A program made the translations under genes and the position numbers. From NCBI RefSeq assembly GCF_009914755.1, contig NC_060947.1: 64,000 bases of DNA; one strand, 5' to 3'. The stretch is from the human T2T-CHM13v2.0 reference genome, Homo sapiens. Positions 1 to 15,200 of the stretch are shown one piece after another. Position 1 is the stretch's first letter. Each line of letters opens with the position of its first letter. Under the pieces are notes generated by a model, which made no database searches, was not told the DNA's origin, and worked only from the letters and a program-made list of their open reading frames with translations.

Positions 1-616
1 AAAGGAGGGAGAAGGCACCATGTGACCCTGCATCTCCCTTGCCAGTGCTCTGATTTGACGTTCTAGAAGAGTAGTCTTTATGCCGGGGCACATGCTCCCC
101 TGAGGATTATGAAGCCTGTCCAGGAGGGGCTCAGCATGGATGGTCCCAAGGAGCCAATGTCCCGCCTCAGCTTGCACAGGGGCTCTAACCTAACCTGCCT
201 TTCCCAGAAACCTGACCCCAGTTGACAAGAGCAGGATGTTGCACCATGATACGTCGTGGGGTCAAAGGCTACCAGGCACCAGGAAAAGAAGCCATTTGAA
301 ATACCGCCTCCTTTCACCAACCTGACATCTCCACCTCTGCATTTCAGGAAAAGAAATACATCCAAAAGAATTTTCCCTTCACATTTAATAATTACAAAAA
401 TTGTGTTATTTTCCTCAATTACATGCTAGGAAAACTTGTAGGAATTTTGCCATCTCGAATAAATGTTTTAACACTTAGGGGAAAAAAAGTAGTGGGAGGC
501 AGCCAGTGGCAAAGTTGGGTTTGCACAAGAATCGGAGGCACCAGATAACTCAGAAACAATGTGTGTGTATGTGTTGGGGAGTGCAGAACAAGATGATTTA
601 TTGGAAGTCTCTATAA

Positions 617-1118
<502 letters not shown>

Positions 1119-1644
1119 TGACAATACCAAGTGTTAGCAGTACTACAGAGCAGCAGGAACTCACACTTCCCCGGGGCAGGCAAACTGGGACAACCACTTT
1201 GGAAAACAGTGAGCATTATTCAGTATAGTTGAAGATGTGCACATTTAGAAGCTAACAATTTCACTCCTAGACACCAGATTGCATGTACAAAATCGCTCAC
1301 AGCATCATTGTTTATAATGCTTAAAATAATGTTTAAATGTTTTTTAATAGGCAAAAGCCAGAAGCAACCCAAGTGTCCATTAGCAGAAGAACAGATAAAA
1401 GATCTATGTTAGAGTCATACAATGAAACAGTATACAGCAATAGAAATGTCCCAGAGTCAGACCATAGAAGTCTAAAAAAATAAATAAATGAATAAACTAC
1501 GGTTATGTGCATCAACTTGGATGTCTGTCACAAATGTCATGTGGAGTGAAAACAGCAGGTTATAGAAAAATATATCCAGTATGATTCCACTTATAGGGAA
1601 GTTAAAAAAAAATAATGCTGCAGGATTTGAACAACACTCTAGAC

Positions 1645-1961
1645 CAGGGGTCCCCAACCCCAGGCCACTGACCAGTACTAGTCTGTGGCCTGTTAGGAAC
1701 CGGGCTGCAGAGCAGGAGGTGACTGGTGGGCAAGTGAGCATTCCCGCCTGAGCTCCATCTCCTGGCAGATCAGCAGCGGCATCAGATTCTCATAGGAGCA
1801 CGAACCCTATCATGAACTGCGAATGTGTGGGATCGAGGTTGTGCCTGATGATCTGAGGTGGAACAGTTTCATCCTGAAACCATACCCCCCAACCCTCCAT
1901 CCATGGAAAAATTATCTTCCACGAAACTGGTCCTTGGTGCCAAAAAGATTGGGGACCACTG
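1645..1961. mobile_element. MER1B-like hAT-Charlie non-autonomous DNA transposon
   Basis: Terminal inverted repeats CAGGGGTCCCCAA... / ...TTGGGGACCACTG and an 8-bp TSD CTCTAGAC (1637-1644) / CTCTAGAG (1962-1969), typical of hAT elements. Confidence 0.85.
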
Positions 1962-2179
1962 CTCTAGAGCAAATGGACCTAGCAGACATACACAGAACAT
2001 TCCATCCACCAGCAGCAGAATTCGCTTTCTTCTCAGCTGCACATGGGGTAGTCTCCAGGATAGACCATATGTCAGGCCACAAAACAAGTCTTAACAAATT
2101 CAAGAAGATCAAATCACATTAAGCATCTTTCCCAACCGCAAACAAGAGATCACTAAGAGAAAGCAAACTGGAAAACTCA

Positions 2180-2597
<418 letters not shown>

Positions 2598-2907
2598 GTA
2601 AGAAAGATCTCAAATAAACAACCTAACTTTACACACCAAGGAACTAGAAAAGGAAGAACAAAATAAGCCCAAAGTCAGCAGAAAGAAGGAAAGAACAAAG
2701 ATCAAAGCAGAAATACATGAAATAGAGACTAGAAAAATAACAGAAAAGATGAATGAAACTAAGAGTTGGGATTTTTTTAAGATAAAATCAACAAACCTCT
2801 AGCTAGACCAACTAAGAAGAGATAAGACTCAAATAAATCAATCAGAAATGAGACATTACAACTGATACCACAGAAATGCAAAGGATTGTAAGAAACTACT
2901 ATGAATA

Positions 2908-3376
<469 letters not shown>

Positions 3377-3835
3377 TCATCAAAGAAAAGCTCAGGCCTG
3401 ATGGCTTCATTGGTAAATTCTACCAAACAGTTAAATAACTAATACCTATCCTTCTCAAACTCTTCCAAAAAACTAAAGAGGAGGGAACGCTTCCAAACTC
3501 ATTTAATAAGGTCAGAAAATTCCCTGATATCAAAGCTGGACAAGAACACTAAAAGAAAAAAAGCTACAGGCCAATATCCCTGATGAACACAGGTGCAAAA
3601 ATCTTCAACAAAATACTAGCAAACCGAATTCAATAGCACATTAAAAGGCTCATTCACCATGAGCAAGTAGAATTTATCCCTGGGATACAAGGGTGATTGA
3701 ATATATGCAAACCAATAAATGTGATGCACCACGTTAACAGAATGGAGAATAAAATCATTTCTCAATTGATGCAGAAAAAGCATTTGACAAAATTTAACAT
3801 TCTTTCATGATGTAAAAAAAAAAAAATTAGCTCTT

Positions 3836-4250
3836 GGCCAGGTGCAGTGGCTCATGCCTGTAATCCCAGCACTTTGGGATGCCGAGGCAGGAGGATCTCT
3901 TGAGCCCAGGAGTTCAGACCAGCCTGGGCAACATAGCAAGACACCTCTACAAAAAAAAATTTTTTTAAATTAACCAATCATGGTGGTGTGTGCCTGTAGT
4001 CCCAGCTACTCTGGAGGCTTGAGCCCTGGAGTTCGAGGCTACTGTGAGCCAGGATCATACCACTGCACTCCAGTCTGGGTGACAGAGCAAGACCCTGTCT
4101 CAAACAAACAAACAAATACAAATTAGCCAGGTACATTGGTGCGTGCCTGTAGTTCCAGCACTTTGGGAGGCCAAGGCAGGAGGATCACTTGGGCCCAGGA
4201 GTTTAAGACCAGCCTGGGCAACATAGGCCCTGTCTCTACCAAAAAAACAA
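3836..4250 (+). mobile_element. AluJ-like element followed by a partial Alu
   Basis: GGCCAGGTGCAGTGGCTCATG...TGAGCCCAGGAGTT...GACCCTGTCTCAAA, then a second left-arm fragment at ~4120-4250. Confidence 0.85.
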
Positions 4251-4478
4251 AATTAAAAAGAAACTCTCAACAAATTAGGTATAGAAGGAATATACCTCAA
4301 CATCATAAAGGCCATATATGACAAGCCCACAGCTAACATCATACTGAATGGTGAAAAGCTGAAAGCTCTTCCTTTAAGATCAGGAGCAAGACAAGGATGC
4401 CCACTCTCACCACTTCTACTCAGCATAGTCCTGGAAGGCCTAGCCACAGCAATGAGAAAAGAAAAAAAAAAACATTTA

Positions 4479-4826
<348 letters not shown>

Positions 4827-4926
4827 TCACACAATCCTGTATGCAGAAAACCCTAAAGACTCCACCGAAAAATTGTTAGAATTCAGTCAAGGTACAGGAT
4901 ACAAAATCAGCATACAAAACAATAGC

Positions 4927-5240
4927 TTTTATTTTTTATTTTATTTTTTTTTTTTTGAGACAGAATCTTGCTCTATCACCCCACCTGGAGTACAGTGGCT
5001 CAATCACAGTTCACTGCAGCCTTGACCTCCTGGGCTTCTCCCACCTCAGCTTCCTGAGTAGCTGAGACTACAAATGTGCACCATCATGCCTGACTAATTA
5101 GTATTAATATTATTGCTATTATTGAGACAGGGTCTTGTTTAGTTGCCTGGGCTGGTCTTGAATTTCTGGGCTCAAGTGATCCTCCTGCCTTGGCCTCTCA
5201 AAGTGCTGGAATTACAGGTGTGAGCCATCATGCCTCACCT
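4927..5240 (-). mobile_element. AluJ-like, antisense
   Basis: T-rich tail, GAGACAGAATCTTGCTCT...CTCAAGTGATCCTCCTGCCTTGGCC. Confidence 0.88.
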
Positions 5241-5280
5241 AGTAGCATTTCTATATGCTATATGCTAACAATGCACTTTC

Positions 5281-5566
5281 TTTTTTTTTTTTTTTTTTTT
5301 GAGACAGAGTCTCTGTTGCCCAGGCTGGAGTGCAGTGGCACTATCTCGGCTCACTGCAAGCTCCGCCTCCCGGGTTCACGCCATTCTCCTGTCTCAGCCT
5401 CTCCGAGTAGCTGGGACTACAGGCGCCCGCCACCATGCCCAGCTAATTTTTTGTATTTTTAGTAGAGACAGGGTTTCACCGTGGTCTCGATCTCCTGACC
5501 TTGTGATCCGCCCACCTCGGCCTCCCAAAGTGCTGGGATTACAAGCGTGAGCCACTGCGCCCAGCC
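5281..5566 (-). mobile_element. AluY-like, antisense
   Basis: CTGCAAGCTCCGCCTCCCGGGTTCACGCCATTCTCC; TSD AATGCACTTTCT on both sides. Confidence 0.92.
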
Positions 5567-6739
5567 AATGCACTTTCTAAAAAAGAAATCATCAAAGAAG
5601 ATTTATTTTGTTATCCAAAAAGGAAATCAAGCCAACAATCTCATTTATAATAGCTATAAAAAATAAAATACTTAGGAATAAGTTTAACCAAGGAGGTGAA
5701 AGACCTATACACCGAAAACTGTAAACCACAGATGAAAGAAACTGAAGAAAACACAAATAAATGGAAAGATACCCTGTGTTCATGGATTGGGATAGTTAAT
5801 ATTGTTAAAATGTCTATACTACCCAAAGTGATCTACACATTCAATGTAATCCCTATCAATATTCCCATGAGATTTTTCACAGAAATAGAGAAAGCAATTC
5901 TAAAATGTATGTTAAACCACAAAAGACCCCAAATAGCCAAAGCAATCTTGAACAAAAAGAACAAAACTGGAAGACTCATGCTATCTGATCTCAAAATATG
6001 TTACAAAGCTATAGTAACCAAAACAGCATGGTTCTGGCATAAAAACAGACACATACACCAACGTAACAGAATAGTGAACCCAGAAATAAATCTATGCATT
6101 TACAGTTGATTGATCTTCGACAAAGGTGCCAATAATACATGATAGACAAAAGACAGTCTTGTCAATAAATGGTGTTGGGAAAATTGGATATTCACTTGCA
6201 GTAGAATGAAATTAGACCCTTATCTCACACAATGCACAAAGATCAACTCAAAACGGACTGAAGATTCAAATGTGAGACCTGAAATTAGAAAACTACTAGA
6301 AGAAACTTACGTGAAAAGCTGCTTGGCACTGGTCTGGGCAATAAGTTTTTCAATATGACACCAAAAGCACAGGCAACAAAACAAAAACAGACAAATGAGT
6401 TTGCATCAAACTAAAAAGCTTCTGCACAGCAGAGGAAGCAATCAACAGAGTGAAGGAGACAGCCTATGGAATGGAAGAACATAGTTGTAAACCATCCATC
6501 TGATACAAGGTTAATACACAGAACACACAAGGAACTCATACAACTCAATAGCAAGCAAATGTATTTTCTAACCCAGTTAAAATAACCCAGTTACACCTAC
6601 TATGTACTCCTAAAAATTAAAAATTGAAAATTGAAAAAATAAATAACCCAATTTAAATGGGCAAGGACCTGAACAGGCATTTCTCAAAAGAAGACATACA
6701 AACGGCCAATAGGTCTATTAAAAAAAAATGCTCAACATC

Positions 6740-7036
6740 AGCCGGGTGCAGTGCTCACGCCTGTAATCCTAGCACTTTGGGAAGCCGAGGTGAGTGGATC
6801 ACCTGAGGTCAAGAGTTCAGGACCTGCCTGGCCAACATGGTGAAACCCTGTCTCTACTAAAAATACAAAACTTAGCCAGGTGTGGTGGCATACGCCTGTA
6901 ATCCCAGCTACTCCAGAGGCTGAGGCAGGAGAATCACTTGAATCCGGGGGGCAGAGGTTGCAGTAAGCCAAGATCGCGCCACTTCACTCCAGCCTGGGCG
7001 AAAGAACAAAACTCCATCTTAAAAAAAGAAAAAAAT
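6740..7036 (+). mobile_element. AluS-like
   Basis: Alu consensus; TSD AAAAAATGCTCAACATCA / AAAAAATGCTCGACATCA. Confidence 0.92.
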
Positions 7037-8051
7037 GCTCGACATCACCAATCATCAGGGAAATGCAACTCAAAACCACAATGAGACACCACCTCACTCA
7101 AATTAGAATGATCGTTTTCAAAAAGACAAAAGAAAACAAACTTTGGCGAGGGTGTGGAGAAAAGGGAACATTTTGGAACAGTATGGAAAATGGTATGCAT
7201 GGTGGTTCCTCAAAATATTTAAAGTGAGAATGACCATACAATCCAGCAATCCCATTTCTGGGTATGTATCTAAAGGAAATGAAATCGGTATGTCGAGGCA
7301 ATATCCACACTCGCATGTCCATTGAAGCACTACTCACAATCGCCAAGATATGGAATCAAACGAAATGCCCACCAACAGATGAATGGATAAAGAAAATGTG
7401 GTACAGATACACAATGGATCACTACTCAGCCTTTAAAAAGAAGGCAATCCTGCCATTTGCAACATGGAGGAACCTGGAGGACATTACATTAAGTGAAGTA
7501 AGCCGGGCACAGAAAGGCAAATACTGCATGACGCTGCTCACGTGGAAAGTAAAAATGTCAGCCTCATGGAAACAGAGCAGAACAGTGGCCGCCAGGACTG
7601 GGGTAGGGGAAATGGGAAAATGCTGGTCAAAGGGTACCAAGTTTCAGTTATGCAGGATGGAGACGTTCCAGAGATCTGATGTACAGCATGGTGATTCTAG
7701 TTAACACATTTAAAAAAATAAAACCAAAAAATTTGTTGCAAAAGTAAATAATTTATTGTTTAAGGCTAATTCATATTTGGGACAAGTATAAAGAAAACCA
7801 AGGAAAGGCTAGGACTAACTGCGAAGGGAAAAAGAAGGGTCCATGATGGCTGTCAGTGGGGATGATTCATCTAAGCAGCATATGCTCTTCCGTGTGTATT
7901 AGATTGAACAAGATGAAACTGCAATTTTTGTAGGTTAACAATAAATGAACATTAAGCAACGTCATCTGGTTTTGACCCAAGACATTTATTAATAATAAAT
8001 CAATGATAAAATAAAACCAAAACACTTTATGCTAATAAACTTGAAAACTTA

Positions 8052-8516
<465 letters not shown>

Positions 8517-8719
8517 TTACAAAATAAAACATATTACAGTGTGGTCCTGGCATAAAGACAGAGACAGAATATAATCCAGAGCCCAGAAAGAAACTCTCAA
8601 GTATATGGTCAGATGATTTTTGACAAGGGTATCAAGGCTACAAATTGGGAAAAGGGCAGTCTTTTCAACAAATGGTATAGGGGAAACTTGATATCCACAT
8701 GCAAAAGAATAAAGTTGGA

Positions 8720-9142
<423 letters not shown>

Positions 9143-9260
9143 GATGGCAAATTTTGTGTTATGTATTTTTTCCCACAATAAAAAAATTACTCAAGAAGAA
9201 ACAGAAAACCTAAATGGTCCCATAATTATTACAGAAGTTGGATTCATTGTTTAAAATCTA

Positions 9261-9690
<430 letters not shown>

Positions 9691-10128
9691 TTACAGATGA
9701 TCTCCAGCAAACATGGAAGTAACTGATCATCTCCATCTTAGACTAACTGTTCCAGTGAACAGCTGAAAAAGGAAATACTGCCTCAACTCACTTTACGATG
9801 TCTTGATACCAAAACCAGACGAGGATAATAATACGAGGCTAAAAAAAAAAAAAAAAACCACCCAATCCAGAATTGTATATGAAAAAAATACATCACGCAA
9901 AGTTGAGTTTAGTCCAGAAAATACAAGAGTGGTTTAACATTTAAAAATGAATTAATGTAATTTGCCACATTAACAGATTAGAGGAGGAAAACCCTGTGAT
10001 CATATTAATGCATTCAGAAAAAGCATTTTATAAAAATTCAACATATAGCACACTAGGAATGGGAGGGAGCTTTCTAAATCTGATAAACATATCTACCGAA
10101 TGCTCCCTGCAAACATCATACTTAATAA

Positions 10129-10825
<697 letters not shown>

Positions 10826-11041
10826 TCAAAGCTAAAAAGACTGGAATAGAAGAAACAAAATGGTCATTACTTGCAGATGATAGGATTGTGTACGCAGAAA
10901 ATCAAAAAGAATCCACAAAGAGAACCCAAACATAATTATTAGACTTAATATGAGAGTTTACAAGGTTACTTGATACATAGAAATCCATTGTTTTTCTATG
11001 TACCAGCAACACACAGTCTGAATGGGAATTCAAAAGAAGGT

Positions 11042-11330
11042 AGCCAGGCGCAGTGGCTCACAGGCTCACGGGCCAGCACTTTGGGAAGCCAAGGCGGGAG
11101 GGCCGCTTGAGTCCAGGAGTTTGAGACCAGCCTGGGCAACATAGCGAGACCCTGTCTCTACAAAAAAATTACAAAATTAGCCAGGCACTGTGGCGCCTGC
11201 CTGTAGTCCCAGGTGTTTGGGAGGCTAAGGTGGGAGGATCACTTGAGCCCAGGAGGCTTCAGTGAGCCATGATTGCGCCAATGCACCCCAGCCTGCACGA
11301 CAGAGCGAGACCCCGTCTCAAAAAAAGAAA
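11042..11330 (+). mobile_element. AluJ-like
   Basis: Diverged Alu consensus with CTTGAGCCCAGGAGG. Confidence 0.85.
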
Positions 11331-12031
11331 TCAGATTGATAAATGCTATGATATTAAAATTAAGACTTTCTGTTTATCACATGATACATCAGCAAACTGA
11401 GAAGACAAGTAACAGGTAGGCCGAAGACATACACCCCAGGGATTGGTGTGGAAAATACAGAACACCTGCAAAGTGTAAGCCAAGACATGCACGGGCATTT
11501 GACAGAAGAAATGAAAAGTGCTGCAATATGGCCGGTGGTCAAGGAATGCCGATTCAAAACCCAGCAGGGCACCATTTCACACCCACTGTATGCGCAGAAA
11601 CTCTCAAGTCTGCTCTCTGGTGTACGTGAAGACGTGGTGCAGCAGTGGCAGTGGGGGTGTCCGCTGGGATGCCAGCATGGAGAGCTACGTCTTCAGCCCA
11701 GCAAACGTGAAGCCCACGTCCCACTGACCCAACGAGTCCCCTTCCAGCATTGAGAAGCCTGGCACACAGCAAGGAGACGACACCAGATCAGTTGACGCTG
11801 CCTTCCCATCCCTTGGTGAGGGGACCCGGCCATTGCAGGATAAATCCAGCACGACTCCCCTGACATAAGATGTTCCGGTTCCCCAAACCAGCCTAGATCC
11901 TTTCTGGTTACACCAGCTTCAGACCAGGGGCTGCCATAGCCACGCCTCTTATCTGCTCAGAAAGCGTAGAAGGTGCATATGCAGGCCATATACACACATA
12001 TTTATGAAAATGGTGCTGCCTGTGGATGGAT

Positions 12032-12355
<324 letters not shown>

Positions 12356-13534
12356 GATTTATTTTCTTCTGTGGAAAGGAAGGAGAAACCCATTCCCCAT
12401 GCCAGATTGCAGGCGTCTGTCTCATCCGGGGCCAGCAAGGACATGTGTGTGTGTGTTGGGGTAGGCATGGGGGGAAGGACAGGGAGAGGGAGAGAGGCCA
12501 GCTGGCTCCCCCAAGCCTCCCCTCCTGGAGCTTCTAAATCCCTCCCTGGCTCCTTCAAGGCTGCCTGGCCTTCCTGTTGGGGAGAGACCCCTCGCCGGCT
12601 GCTCACTCGCTTTTTGGTGGTCCTTCCCACGGGCCTGCCTGGTCTGCCTCCACATCCTCAGCGGCTGCAGGTGAGAAGCTGTGGATCTGGGGCCCAGTGG
12701 TCCAGAGCGTGGCCCGTGCCAGAATGCCCAGGTTCAAATCCCATCTCTGTGGAATGCACTCTGAAGAAACGACGTCAGGTCATGGCCCTGGGCAAGTTAC
12801 CCACCTCTGTGCCCCATTTCTCTCCATGCAGGTTGGAAAGAATGACACAGCTGCTCAGGGAAGCACCCATACCCCGAGTCTGCTGGGCCTTTGAGCTCCA
12901 GGGCCAACACCTGGCCCTATACCCTGGCCGCCCCCAGGGCTCCAGCCACCTGAGCCAAGCTTCTCACCCCCAGGCCTCCCCAGCCCCATCACCATTTCCT
13001 CCTCCCTCATGGGCCCCTCAGTCTTACCGTCCTCCCACTTCCGCCAGCCCCTCTGTGGATGGCCCTGCCACAGGGGGAACAGTGCCCCAGCAGAAAAGCC
13101 CCAGGGTCGCCTGGATTCTCCTGCCTTCGCCTCCTGCCCTGGGTCCAACGCACAGTCTTCAGAATGCTGCCTCCCCAGAGCGCCTCTAGAACGCGCCCGC
13201 CTCTCTCCATGCCCATGACCACCACTGGACCAGGCCTCCCCACATTCTCTGCCCCAGTGCCACCAGCTTGCAGTTGCCCATGGCGAGACAAGTTCAAGTT
13301 CTCAAGCCTGGCCACAAAGACCCCACCTGATTTGCTGACCTCCGCCACACCCTGGGAGACGGCCCTTGACCAACCTTGTGTTCCAGTCGGTGGGAAACAC
13401 TGGTTTTTCCTCAACGCCACGTGGGCATGTCACGTCCAGGCCTGGCCTGGGGTAGGCCTCAGCTCCATCTCCTGCCCAACGCCTGCCAAGGTTCATGGTT
13501 CAAGGTCATGTAGCCTGACGGTTAAGTGAAGGGG

Positions 13535-13625
13535 CCCTGTGATTGACTCAGCCTTGCCACATACTAGCTGTGTGACTTTATTCAAGTTTCCTAACCTCCT
13601 GTGCCTCAGTTTCCCAACCTGTGTT
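13535..13625. mobile_element. MIR fragment (another probable MIR at ~12715-12850)
   Basis: CTAGCTGTGTGACTT...AAGTTTCCTAACCTCCTGTGCCTCAGTTTCCC matches the MIR core. Confidence 0.65.
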
Positions 13626-13913
13626 TGTTTCTGGATGGTGCCAGTGCCAAGCCCAAGCCTGGCATCCAGTAGGTGCTTCGTGCCAGGTTATGGAATGCCC
13701 ACCCAATAGGAGGGCGCTGCCGTCTCTCACCTGCCAGGTGCCCACGGTCAGTACTCCATCATGCCCGCTGCGGCCAGCAGAGGGCAGCAACATCCTGCCC
13801 TGTGCCATTGGGCAAAGGGGCGGGCGGAGAGAGGCTGGGCTGCCTGGCCGGGCTTGTTGGGATGAGTCGGACTGGGCACGATTGCATTGTGGGGAGGGAG
13901 GCTGGGGCTCTGT

Positions 13914-13969
13914 GAGACGTGCTCCTGGCACCGCCAGCTGCTACTTGGCCCTCGCCGGTGGCCCACCAG
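13914..13969 (+). other. PLXNB3: Probable non-coding exon 1 of PLXNB3 (5' boundary approximate)
   Basis: Donor CCAG|GTAGGC at 13969/13970; next acceptor CTCAG|GAC at 15135/15136 leaves 65 nt of UTR before the ATG. Agrees with the recalled gene structure. Confidence 0.6.
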
Positions 13970-15200
13970 GTAGGCAAGAGCTGGGGCAGGCTTGGGCTTG
14001 GGCTTGGGGTGCAGGGGCTACCAGCCTCAGGGCAAGGCATCAGGGTCTCAGGGCCAACTGGCTGGGGTCAGGCAAGAGCGCTCGGGTGTCGGCCCAGCCT
14101 GACGACGGCACTAGGTGTCTGGGAGCACGGTGTCCCCCAAGTGGTAGCCCTGGGGTTAGGAGGTGGGGAACCATGTTTCTTCCCCGAAATGGGAAAGCCA
14201 ACGCCAGCCTCGGGCAGGGTACAGGGTAGAGAGGCTGCCCGCCTGGCTCCCCACCCCCACAGCCACCCAACTGGCCCAGCCAGGTGACAGCAGCCCACTG
14301 CCACCTTGCCCTGGAGCCTACTGCTGCCGTGCTGTGGGGGAGGCAGAGACCCCATCCCCAGTGCACCTGCTCCTGTGCCACTGGCCAGGGTGGCCTGTGA
14401 GGGTGACAGGGGGTCTAGCTGCTAGGTGCCCCTCCCTTCCCCATCCCCTGCATGGATGGCATCTAGGCCAGCAGGACGGTGCTTCAGAGGGTGGGGTGGA
14501 CAGCCCCGGCCTGTGGACCCTCTGCCTCAGCCCATCTCAAGCAGCCTCCTCCCGTGGTCCTGCTCGCTGCCACCATGCTGTACCTGGCACCACTTCACCA
14601 GTCCCCAGGGGCAGGGCTGGGCTGGGGGTGTGGAGGAAGATCTTTTGGACAAAGGCAGGCATTGAGGGCCAGGACTGGCACTTCACCCAGGCCCCAAGGC
14701 TACCAGCCGGCATTTGCAGGGGCTCCAAGGTCCACCCCGTGCCCTTCACAGGGACCCGGGGAGCCAGGGAGGGGCATGCTTAGTGACACAGGGGTTGCAG
14801 GGCCAGAGGGGGAGGGCTGGCTGGAGGAAACCCCGGCCCTTTGTCCCCGGATCCCGGGGGTGGCTCCCTGAGGGTGGGAAGTGGCAAGGAGCCCCCTGTC
14901 CAGAACAGCCCAGTGGGGGTGACAGCACTAGCGAGTGGGGCCCTGGCCTGGCCTCTGGACAGAGGGAACATTGTTGTGGTGGAGGCAGGGCTGCCTTGGC
15001 CTGGCCACTATTGACAAAGCTGCCAGCTGTGAGGGAGCCCGGTCGCTAGGCCCTGGGCGCCACCCCCACCGCCGCCCCTCCTTCCCCAGGCCAGCTCGAA
15101 TGGGGCTGAGCCTCGACTGTCTCCCTCCCACTCAGGACAATGCCCCCCCGCAGCCATCTCATGCCCATCGCCACTGCCCTGGGGCAGCTGAACTGAGCGT

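Noticed and set aside
12371-13189. 272-aa plus-strand ORF upstream of PLXNB3
   Set aside because: GTG start, crosses a MIR-like fragment, Pro/Gly/Ser-biased with no recognisable domain; expected by chance in GC-rich DNA.
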